From positions 1 to 64,000 of the IMG/VR virus record IMGVR_UViG_3300040856_003829: 64,000 bases of DNA. One strand, 5' to 3'. The stretch is from a virus. Under the pieces are notes generated by a model. The model had not been told where the DNA came from. It did not search any database and was given only the letters and a program-made list of their open reading frames with translations. A program made the position numbers and the translations under genes. Positions within the stretch are counted from its first letter, which is position 1. Every line of letters starts with the position of its first letter. Positions 20,356 to 27,689 of the stretch are shown here, one piece after another.

Positions 20356-20601
20356 AGATCCGCCTCCCTACAACACCTTACTCATATCGTAAGAATATTA
20401 TAGGGACACTTACATTCGTCCAATGTCAAGGAGTTTAGTTCTGTTCAGGGTGACTAAACGCACCCCACTATCTGACGGTAACTTACCAACATACCGACTC
20501 GTGCCGTATGTGTCTGAAATTACTCGTGAGATAGGTTTCCCATCCATGGGCGATTAGACCCTGATGGTAGTTACATGTTGACTAATCTCATGTAACAGCT
20601 T
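20356..20601 (-). ncRNA. Unassigned multi-hairpin structured RNA, about 245 nt, between tRNA-Tyr and tRNA-Lys
   Basis: No ORF of 60 aa or more; helices at 20570-20596, 20468-20534, 20433-20459 and 20365-20406; G-U pairs form only on the minus strand. Confidence 0.6.
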
Positions 20602-20602
20602 G

Positions 20603-20683
20603 TGGGGGTAGATGGACTCGAACCACCGATGTCAGAGACGGCTGATTTACAGTCAGCTGCAATAGCCACTATGCGATACCCCC
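20603..20683 (-). tRNA. tRNA-Tyr(GTA)
   Basis: GGGGGTA/TACCCCC acceptor, GCTGA-CTGTAAA-TCAGC arm, variable arm. Confidence 0.95.
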
Positions 20684-20689
20684 TAGAAA

Positions 20690-20774
20690 AGGTCAGACAA
20701 TACTGGAGACGGGCCCAGTGAACCGAATACACGTACTCGGAAGGGCCTTTTTACTCACAAGTAAAGTCTGACCT
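20690..20774 (-). ncRNA. Unassigned ~85-nt multi-stem junction RNA between tRNA-Thr and tRNA-Tyr
   Basis: 9-bp closing stem AGGTCAGAC/GTCTGACCT enclosing TTTACT/AGTAAA and GGCCC..CCGAGTA/TATTCGG..GGGCC arms. Confidence 0.55.
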
Positions 20775-20819
20775 GTTTTGGTATTGAACTTCAATACCGG
20801 CGTTTTCGAGTCGCCTATG

Positions 20820-20892
20820 AGCCACCAATAGGACTCGAACCTACGACCTGCTGATTACAAATCAGCTGCTCTACCAACTAAGCTATGGTGGC
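20820..20892 (-). tRNA. tRNA-Thr(TGT)
   Basis: GCCACCA/TGGTGGC acceptor, GCTGA-TTTGTAA-TCAGC arm. Confidence 0.95.
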
Positions 20893-20974
20893 ACACTAGT
20901 CTAAGACCTAACGTTGTGCTAATCCGGACCCATTTTAATACGATTGAGTCAACACGCTCACCTCACACGCAACT

Positions 20975-21217
20975 TTAAGATACGTTTGTAAGTCGATTTT
21001 CTAACTTATCCAGTCTTGAATCTATTGTTCTGTAAATTTCAGTGATCTCACCATCAATATTATGTCTAAATGAAGACATCTCATTATCGAAATTTGATGA
21101 ACTAAAATCAAAACTGGTTTGAAAATCTCTGAGTTCTTTCTTTAGTTTGAACACACCAACGACTGAGTATAAAAACCCAACCGATACTATACCCAAAACA
21201 AAATACAAAAATTCCAT
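20975..21217 (-). CDS. Membrane-anchored coiled-coil protein
   Basis: N-terminal TM; C-terminal YRTIDSRLDKLENRL. Confidence 0.7.
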   Translation of the reverse strand: MEFLYFVLGIVSVGFLYSVVGVFKLKKELRDFQTSFDFSSSNFDNEMSSFRHNIDGEITEIYRTIDSRLDKLENRLTNVS

Positions 21218-21242
21218 GTGTTTTAAATTTTAAGGTTTATAG

Positions 21243-21581
21243 ATGGAGAATTAGGTGAAGAGATAAGTCAGTCTCTTAAGTACGTCCAACTTTATTTTTT
21301 TCAGGTAACATACATCCGGAATACAAGAGAGTTGTTAACTCCGCATATTTCACGTTCATGTCCACTTCACAGGTGTTGGCAAACCTGATTGAAGTTCACT
21401 GAGTCAGACAGTAGACTTTTAGTGTCTCGTACAACTACATTTTTAGAATGCCCACAACAGAAAATAACGCTCGTTATCCCTGAAGCTACAATACTAAATA
21501 TGTATGCCTTATCCCCCTGTCCAAGGGATTATTCAGCAACACCCTCCCGTGCGTGATCAGCGCGGTGGGATTTACCTCCAT
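21243..21581 (-). ncRNA. Unassigned large structured RNA, about 340 nt, immediately 3' of tRNA-Ile(TAT)
   Basis: Terminal helix ATGGAG/CTCCAT; nested long-range helices GGGTG/CACCT and GGCATACAT/ATGTATGTT; several local hairpins; no ORF of 60 aa or more. Confidence 0.6.
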
Positions 21582-21584
21582 TTG

Positions 21585-21658
21585 TAGGGACGGAGGGACT
21601 TGAACCCCCGACCTTGACTATATAAGAGTCCTGCTCTAACCAACTGAGCTACATCCCC
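21585..21658 (-). tRNA. tRNA-Ile(TAT)
   Basis: GGGGATG/CGTCCCT acceptor, (G)GACT-CTTATAT-AGTC(A) arm, canonical D and T arms. Confidence 0.88.
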
Positions 21659-21713
21659 ATATTGATAACTTATTTACTTATGTAGTAAGTGCAAAACTCG
21701 AAAACCCATTACG

Positions 21714-21757
21714 TCAAAGAACTGTACAAATATAAGTCAAAATCTTTATTCTACAAA
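21714..21757 (-). promoter_or_regulatory. Bacteroidota sigma70-type promoter plus boxA-like element
   Basis: TTTG (21754-57)-N19-TATATTTG (21727-34), then AGTTCTTTGA. Confidence 0.8.
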
Positions 21758-21863
21758 AAATATGTAGAGGTTATTTCGTTACCAACGCAGCCATCATAGA
21801 TGTTACTGGATTATGGTTGGACTTCCATTTATCCGACTTCATCCCTAGTCGGTGGATGAGGTT

Positions 21864-22049
21864 TCAACCTCTCAAAATTTTGTTTTCATCATCCCATTTC
21901 TTTTTATTATTGTAGATTCTTTTTTGTACACCATCAAAGATCGATAGTAGTAACATACCAGTAATCAGAATCCCAATTACAAATGAAATGACTATGAATC
22001 CAACTTCGAAAAGACTACTGAAAAAGTCTGTTATATCAAGTAAAAACAT
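21864..22049 (-). CDS. Small single-TM protein
   Basis: Start moved to MFLLDIT (22049) to avoid the tRNA-Leu overlap. Confidence 0.55.
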   Translation of the reverse strand: MFLLDITDFFSSLFEVGFIVISFVIGILITGMLLLSIFDGVQKRIYNNKKKWDDENKILRG

Positions 22050-22063
22050 AATTTTGGTTTTAG

Positions 22064-22149
22064 TAGCCGGGGCGGGGCTCGAACCCGCACTCACCGTTCG
22101 GCGAAACAGATTTTAAGTCTGTCGTGTCTGCCAATTCCACCACCCGGCC
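22064..22149 (-). tRNA. tRNA-Leu(TAA)
   Basis: GGCCGGG acceptor, ACAGA-CTTAAAA-TCTGT arm, long variable arm. Confidence 0.95.
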
Positions 22150-22166
22150 ATACTCATATTCGTAAA

Positions 22167-22213
22167 TCAAAGAACACTCTGTAAAGATAAGACAACTTTT
22201 TTAAATCACCAAA
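22167..22213 (-). promoter_or_regulatory. Bacteroidota-type promoter plus boxA-like element
   Basis: TTTG (22210-13)-N20-TATCTTTA (22182-89), then GTTCTTTGA. Confidence 0.7.
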
Positions 22214-22224
22214 TCTTTTTTTTG

Positions 22225-22298
22225 TACACCCGATAGGATTCGAACCTATGACCGTCTGCTTAGAAGGCAGATGCTCTATCCAACTGAGCTACGGGTGC
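22225..22298 (-). tRNA. tRNA-Arg(TCT)
   Basis: GCACCCG/CGGGTGT acceptor, TCTGC-CTTCTAA-GCAGA arm. Confidence 0.95.
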
Positions 22299-22304
22299 AT
22301 GTTT

Positions 22305-22349
22305 TAAAGAACTCCAACAAAGATAAGTCAACTATTTCAAACTAACAAA
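22305..22349 (-). promoter_or_regulatory. Bacteroidota-type promoter plus boxA-like element
   Basis: TTTG (22346-49)-N20-TATCTTTG (22318-25), then AGTTCTTTAA. Confidence 0.8.
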
Positions 22350-22370
22350 TCTTTTTGTCTTTTTTTTTTG

Positions 22371-22439
22371 AGGTCAGAAGTGGATTCGAACCACTGTAAA
22401 AGGATTGCGATCCTTCACCTTCCATTCGGACACCTGACC
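22371..22439 (-). tRNA. tRNA-Cys-like gene with an aberrant 6-nt anticodon loop
   Basis: GGTCAGG/TCTGACC acceptor, U discriminator, intact T arm; anticodon arm AAGGA-TCGCAA-TCCTT. Confidence 0.7.
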
Positions 22440-22444
22440 AATAC

Positions 22445-22489
22445 TCAAAGAACGAGTACAAATATAAAACAAAAAAACCCTACTACAAA
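22445..22489 (-). promoter_or_regulatory. Bacteroidota-type promoter plus boxA-like element
   Basis: TTTG (22486-89)-N19-TATATTTG (22459-66), then GTTCTTTGA. Confidence 0.8.
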
Positions 22490-22522
22490 ACGTAACAGGG
22501 TTTTTTTAAAAAAAAAGTATGA

Positions 22523-23020
22523 TTACTGATTAACTACGTCGAATTGGTTATTATCAGCTCTTCTATTAATAGTAATAAAATAATCTGACAATTCTAAAAC
22601 ACCTGTAATTGATTCGTAAGTCCTACCATTCGTAAATCTAATCTTACTGATCGGTACAGTCTTGAATAAATTAACTTCACTTTCTCTAAGGTTGTACCAA
22701 GCGTTACCTTCACAATTAAACTTGTTCCAGGATGTTTTTGTAATCTTTTCACCGTTTTCGAAAAGAACAATCATTTCAACGTTTTCCACACATGATCCTA
22801 ATCCGACTATTTTAGCCATGATACCATCGAATACGGGATCAGGGGAGTTGTATTTCCATGCCGATTCTATTCTAAAACCAGCATTGTTTTCGATAAATAC
22901 TTGACCATCATCAGACCAATAAACTTTGTCTGACATTTCATCTACTATTTTAGTAAGTGTCTGTGAGTATGATGTTAATGCTATAAAAATACTAGCAATA
23001 ATTAGTGATAATTTTTTCAT
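22523..23020 (-). CDS. Exported hypothetical protein
   Basis: Signal peptide SYS|Q. Confidence 0.75.
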   Translation of the reverse strand: MKKLSLIIASIFIALTSYSQTLTKIVDEMSDKVYWSDDGQVFIENNAGFRIESAWKYNSPDPVFDGIMAKIVGLGSCVENVEMIVLFENGEKITKTSWNKFNCEGNAWYNLRESEVNLFKTVPISKIRFTNGRTYESITGVLELSDYFITINRRADNNQFDVVNQ

Positions 23021-23457
23021 TAGTAATATCGTTTTTTAATTTTATTTGTTACTTCCGTTTTAGGTATTATATAATGATAAACGTCATCTGTGTCTAAATC
23101 ACTTATAGCGATATAAAAACGATGACCATGTAAATTCCAAACAGTGTTGACTGGTATACCGTTGAGTAACATTCGATCATCTATTTTGAATGCACCTCTG
23201 AGTAAACCCTTACCTACCACACATCTATCAATAATATAATTAAGTTCCTTTTCTTTTATGTATAATATATCCTTTTGTAATTCCTCACCATAAGGTAGAA
23301 GATTACCATATTCATCGATGTTAGGTTGACTCTGTTCTAAGCCTAACAATACCTCATAGTAACCATCATTGGTTTGTGAGATCATTGACAATGAACATAA
23401 TATTGATAAAGATAATATTAATATTTTTTTATTCATCCTCATTTTGTTTTTGTCCAA
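23020..23457 (-). CDS. Exported hypothetical protein
   Basis: Signal peptide MIS|Q; true start probably an internal Met. Confidence 0.65.
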   Translation of the reverse strand: MDKNKMRMNKKILILSLSILCSLSMISQTNDGYYEVLLGLEQSQPNIDEYGNLLPYGEELQKDILYIKEKELNYIIDRCVVGKGLLRGAFKIDDRMLLNGIPVNTVWNLHGHRFYIAISDLDTDDVYHYIIPKTEVTNKIKKRYY

Positions 23458-23911
23458 AATAACTGAAATAATATTTATGTGGTGGGTATCCTAAATACAT
23501 GTATGTCCACTGACCATAGTGTCTCAATCTTCCAGTTTCCCAAAATCTCCACTTCTGGTCTTCATCGTCAAATGACAAAATGTCTACATCGAATTCATTG
23601 TATGAGCCAAGATCATCTTCACCTTCTCTCATTTTTCCAATATAATTACAGAAATACTTAGCTTCACCAATATCATTTACCATCACGGTACCGAACATAT
23701 CATCTCCTCCCTCAGAACTATAGAAGTCTACATTGAATACAAACTTCCATTCACGAGTACTACCATTATCGTAAATCCAATCACCATCGACAGATTTCCA
23801 ACCTCTTAGTCTTTCGTAGGTCTTAGAAAAAGACCCTTCGATTTCTACATATTGACCATAAGAGTTAGAAATAGTCAAACATAGTAATAATAAACCTAAT
23901 AATTTTTTCAT
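23429..23911 (-). CDS. Exported hypothetical protein
   Basis: Signal peptide SYG|Q; aromatic-rich. Confidence 0.7.
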   Translation of the reverse strand: MKKLLGLLLLCLTISNSYGQYVEIEGSFSKTYERLRGWKSVDGDWIYDNGSTREWKFVFNVDFYSSEGGDDMFGTVMVNDIGEAKYFCNYIGKMREGEDDLGSYNEFDVDILSFDDEDQKWRFWETGRLRHYGQWTYMYLGYPPHKYYFSYFGQKQNEDE

Positions 23912-24111
23912 TATTCGTCGGATTTAAATTTTTTAATTTTATTTTTTTTTGTTTTATGTTTTCCAGAATTATGATTTGGAATAAATCCACAATCACCACA
24001 TTCTAGTTTATCAATTTCATAGTTGAAAACAAAATGAGTTGATCCACAAGCAGGACACACTTCCTGGTTCATCAAATGATCATCATCTTCGTAATCATCG
24101 TAATAGTTCAT
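23911..24111 (-). CDS. Zn-ribbon protein (TFIIB-like)
   Basis: CPACGS...CGDCG. Confidence 0.65.
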   Translation of the reverse strand: MNYYDDYEDDDHLMNQEVCPACGSTHFVFNYEIDKLECGDCGFIPNHNSGKHKTKKNKIKKFKSDE

Positions 24112-24114
24112 ATG

Positions 24115-24543
24115 TTATGAGATTTCTACAACTTCCACATCGAAATTAAGAGTTTTACCCGCTAATGGATGGTTCATATCCAAAACGACCTCTTTATCTT
24201 GAATTTCCATAATTTTTGCGTTAACGGGCATTCCCTGTTGTGTTCTACCTTGTACCATTTCACCAACTTCGAATTTAAATTCTGGTGGGAAATTAGTTTT
24301 TTCAACCGGGATAAATGCTCTTTCGTCAACATTTCCATACGCGTCTTCGGGGGACAGATTCAAGGTCGTTTTTTCCCCAACGGATAAATCTAAAACTCCA
24401 TCATCGAAACCTTTAATCATTTGACCTTGACCAACAGTAAACTCAATAGGTTCACCTCTCTTATAAGAATTATCAAATTCTTCACCATCTTCTAAAGTTC
24501 CTACATAATGAACTTTAACTTTATTTCCTTTTTCAATTTTCAT
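24115..24543 (-). CDS. FKBP-type peptidyl-prolyl isomerase (SlyD/FkpB-like, with IF domain)
   Basis: VHYVGTLEDG..FD.S, GQMIKGF, PEDAYG and DMNHPLAGKTLNFDV motifs. Confidence 0.93.
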   Translation of the reverse strand: MKIEKGNKVKVHYVGTLEDGEEFDNSYKRGEPIEFTVGQGQMIKGFDDGVLDLSVGEKTTLNLSPEDAYGNVDERAFIPVEKTNFPPEFKFEVGEMVQGRTQQGMPVNAKIMEIQDKEVVLDMNHPLAGKTLNFDVEVVEIS

Positions 24544-24929
24544 ATTGTATATATTTTTTCTTTTACTTTACTAGAGATTGGAATTGCATCTCCATGTTCA
24601 TCAATCCTTACAAAAACAATATCAGTCGATAAAATTGTTTCTTGTTTTCCTGTATAGACATTGTGAGATCTAGCCTCCATGTATAATGTTACAGAAGTTT
24701 TACCAAATTGTCCAACTTTACCATAAATTTTTATTAGTTGACCTTCTTTTGCAGGTCGTTTAAAAACACACTCATTGATTTTTAGTGTAACCATATTTGT
24801 GGAATCGCATTTTTGTGCGGCCAATGATGCCGCTGACGCATCTAACCAAGCCAATAATTTACCACCAAAAAGGTTACCGTGAAAACCCAGATCACTTTTT
24901 TTAACTGGGTGTGTCGATATTAATTCCAT
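24540..24929 (-). CDS. HotDog-fold acyl-CoA thioesterase (YciA-like)
   Basis: DLGFHGNLFGGKLLAWLD and G.TS motifs. Confidence 0.88.
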   Translation of the reverse strand: MELISTHPVKKSDLGFHGNLFGGKLLAWLDASAASLAAQKCDSTNMVTLKINECVFKRPAKEGQLIKIYGKVGQFGKTSVTLYMEARSHNVYTGKQETILSTDIVFVRIDEHGDAIPISSKVKEKIYTI

Positions 24930-24931
24930 TC

Positions 24932-25525
24932 TTAATTATTAATAAAAAATTCTGTCCAATCAATACCTTTCACATTTTTATTTTCAAAATAAAAACTAAA
25001 GGAATCATTATTTACTATAATAGTTTTTCTGAATGCGTCAGGTACTGTAGCACCACTATCTAATTCTTCACTTTCATCTGAAAAAATCACTTCAATAATT
25101 ACTTTAACTTCTCCATATAAAAATGCTAAATCTCTCTCTAACCCTTCGAGGGATTTCCAGGGACCTCTATTTAGTGATTCATGTTGTAGACTACAATTTA
25201 AGTAACTAAATGTTTGTCTTAGAGTTTCTTCATTACATGAAAATGCTGCTGCAGGTGCCATATGACCTTTATCCCACACATTATTACGATAATCATCATT
25301 ATCAGAAGTATGGACATTTTTATCTTTTACAAAGTCTAAACCAGATCTAGAAAATTTACCGTTTGTACATTTTACCAGATATTTGACTTTAAGGGGTTGT
25401 TCTAACTTTTCAGAATATGACACTTCGAACACATCATTTTTAATTTCAATTATTTGTGAATATGAAGTTAAAAATGAAAGTAGGGTGGGTATAAGTAAAA
25501 TTAGTTTTAAATTATTCATTACCAT
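24932..25525 (-). CDS. Exported DNA/RNA non-specific endonuclease (NucA family)
   Basis: Signal peptide SYS|Q; DKGHMAPAA, TF.YLN..LQ...LN.G.WK.LE and VP..F.K motifs. Confidence 0.88.
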   Translation of the reverse strand: MVMNNLKLILLIPTLLSFLTSYSQIIEIKNDVFEVSYSEKLEQPLKVKYLVKCTNGKFSRSGLDFVKDKNVHTSDNDDYRNNVWDKGHMAPAAAFSCNEETLRQTFSYLNCSLQHESLNRGPWKSLEGLERDLAFLYGEVKVIIEVIFSDESEELDSGATVPDAFRKTIIVNNDSFSFYFENKNVKGIDWTEFFINN

Positions 25526-27689
25526 GTAAATATATTTTTCTTGTAATTATATCACCGTTAGAATAATATTCAACTATTATGTAAATTCCAGGGGTTAGTG
25601 TTGCATCTTGATTAGTCTTTCTACCCATAATGTCATAAAATTCTTTATATATTATTTCTATGCAATTGGGATCTTTAATTTCTGTAATATTAGATACTTC
25701 ACCATATGTTTGGTTTATCAAATCAAAAACCCATTCAGGAGGTGAATTGACTATTGTTTGTTCTGAACCGCAAACCGTTCCGTACACCTCTAATAAATCT
25801 AGAATATCATTTAAATCTATTTGTAAATCATTATTGAAATCAAATTCACTACATTCAATTAATTGACCAGGAGGTGTCGATAAAAATGTAAGTAAGTCTT
25901 GGATACCTACTGTTCCATCACCATCAAAGTCTCCTTGACATTCTACTGGAGGACAATATAAAGTACAAAAATCAACTTCTAGTATACTACCGTAGTCTAA
26001 TTCGTCTAATTGAGATAGATCAAATATGATGTTCTCATTTACTATTATATTAATAAAAACATTATAATCTGCGTCACACACTCCGTCATTGTTGAAATCA
26101 AAAGCACACATACCATCACCGTTAGTATCAGTAATTATAAAAGTATAACACCCGTCAGGTAAACAAGAAGATTTTACAAATATTGAATCCTGTTGAAATG
26201 TTGACCAATTACCGTCATACATTACAACTTCTCCAGACTCATCTATTATTTCCCAATTAATTTCATTTGACCATACATCAGGACTTATGTGTACTTCAAC
26301 CCAGTTTTGTTCAATAACTTCAACTACTTGTGTGATAGTGTTATTTCCCAAGAATTCATCTAAATCATATAATACTTCAGCTTCAATTATACCATCACCT
26401 AAAACAAAATCATTAATGGGTATTAAAACAAATCCTGAAGGTTCGATAGTTGGTACATTATACTGAGTATTATTAACTAATAAAGTTACTCCTTCAGCGG
26501 GTTCTCCACCAAAATTGTTTATTTTAACATTGAAGTCTATAGTTTCTAAACACCAATCTGAAGGAACTGTTATAGATGTTATACCAACGTCCTTAGAAGT
26601 AGGTGATTGACAAGATACATTATCAGTTGACACTAGATAAGGTAACCCTGTCCAAACTTCTTCACGCATACGTTCAATTTGTCCTTGAGTAAATGCGGTT
26701 TTACATTGTTCACCCGTGTAGTCCATGTAATTTTGTAACATTGCATCAGGACAACTAGCAAACTCAGGAGAACACCCTTGGTTAGAAGTTGTTGGGGGAG
26801 TATCTGGAACTTGATCTCCTTGAGTACATGGGTTAGTTTCAGAATCACAATCTGAGGTTGTAAACCCATTACTAAAAGTGTGGAATAAATTAAAAGCATG
26901 TCCAATTTCATGTGCCCAAGTAGCATTTAATTCTCTGCCAGATTTTAGTGTGCCCGTAATCCCCGTTACATTATATAAACAAACTGGGCCATAGATGTAT
27001 CCGTTTATTCCTGTGCCAGAAGAACCAAGGTATGAAAATCCTTGAATACCATTATTACCATTATTACCATTTATTTCAGTAACTACATAGCAATTAAAAT
27101 ATTTATCTACTGGCCAATGGTATAATTGTTTTAAGTAAGTATGGGGGATTCCAGTAAGCCCAGGGGCAGTTCCAGGATCATTACTTATACCATCTTCAGC
27201 GTATGATTCAAATACGGGTTGACTACCAGCATTATTAGTATAAGTTAGGTCACTACCATCGTATCTCATAATACCATCAGTTGGTTCATTGTTTGGATCG
27301 CGAGCAGCCAAACAAAATTCAATTTTTGAGTCTTTTACTAATGATAATTCATACTCGTCATATTGATCAGTTAGAGCAGCTAAAGATTCAACATCACCTC
27401 TAAATCGATGATTAAGATTTTCTATACAACTTAAGATTTGTTCGTCGGAGATATTGGTCTCCACCCCCAAAGGTTCACCTAAGTGTATTACGTGAAACAC
27501 TACTGGGATAGTAAGTACTTGTGCTGTGTCTAAATCGACTTCGGGTGCACAAGCAACTCGTTCCGTATATAATTGTTGTAGAAACGGATTTCTACGAATC
27601 ATTTCATCAGTTCCACATTCGTCTTGAGAAAACGTAATAAACGGAACTAATAAAATTAAAGATAAGAAAAAACTTTTTAAGTTTACCAT
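25512..27689 (-). CDS. Exported M43 (pappalysin-like) zinc metalloprotease with dockerin/EF-hand-like repeats and a T9SS-like C-terminus
   Basis: Signal peptide TFS|Q; CGT Cys-switch; HEIGHAFNLFHTF; NYMDYT Met-turn; GDFDGDGTVGIQDLL; YDIMGRK..PGIYII; start moved to MVNLK (27689). Confidence 0.88.
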   Translation of the reverse strand: MVNLKSFFLSLILLVPFITFSQDECGTDEMIRRNPFLQQLYTERVACAPEVDLDTAQVLTIPVVFHVIHLGEPLGVETNISDEQILSCIENLNHRFRGDVESLAALTDQYDEYELSLVKDSKIEFCLAARDPNNEPTDGIMRYDGSDLTYTNNAGSQPVFESYAEDGISNDPGTAPGLTGIPHTYLKQLYHWPVDKYFNCYVVTEINGNNGNNGIQGFSYLGSSGTGINGYIYGPVCLYNVTGITGTLKSGRELNATWAHEIGHAFNLFHTFSNGFTTSDCDSETNPCTQGDQVPDTPPTTSNQGCSPEFASCPDAMLQNYMDYTGEQCKTAFTQGQIERMREEVWTGLPYLVSTDNVSCQSPTSKDVGITSITVPSDWCLETIDFNVKINNFGGEPAEGVTLLVNNTQYNVPTIEPSGFVLIPINDFVLGDGIIEAEVLYDLDEFLGNNTITQVVEVIEQNWVEVHISPDVWSNEINWEIIDESGEVVMYDGNWSTFQQDSIFVKSSCLPDGCYTFIITDTNGDGMCAFDFNNDGVCDADYNVFINIIVNENIIFDLSQLDELDYGSILEVDFCTLYCPPVECQGDFDGDGTVGIQDLLTFLSTPPGQLIECSEFDFNNDLQIDLNDILDLLEVYGTVCGSEQTIVNSPPEWVFDLINQTYGEVSNITEIKDPNCIEIIYKEFYDIMGRKTNQDATLTPGIYIIVEYYSNGDIITRKIYLHGNE

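Noticed and set aside
20893-20974. Additional small structured RNA upstream of tRNA-Thr
   Set aside because: Only short stems (GTGTT/AGCAC, GACTCA/TGGGTC); too weak to call without covariation data.
21243-21581. RNase P RNA or group I intron
   Set aside because: GAGGTAAATCCC only loosely resembles GAGGAAAGTCC and sits at the extreme 5' end; no convincing CR-V or P7 elements; the block does not interrupt a gene.
20283-22439. tRNA-associated theta (HDV-like) or hammerhead ribozymes
   Set aside because: By eye I found no HDV-type L3/P1.1 pattern directly 3' of the tRNAs and no CUGANGA plus GAAA core; a descriptor search is still worth running.
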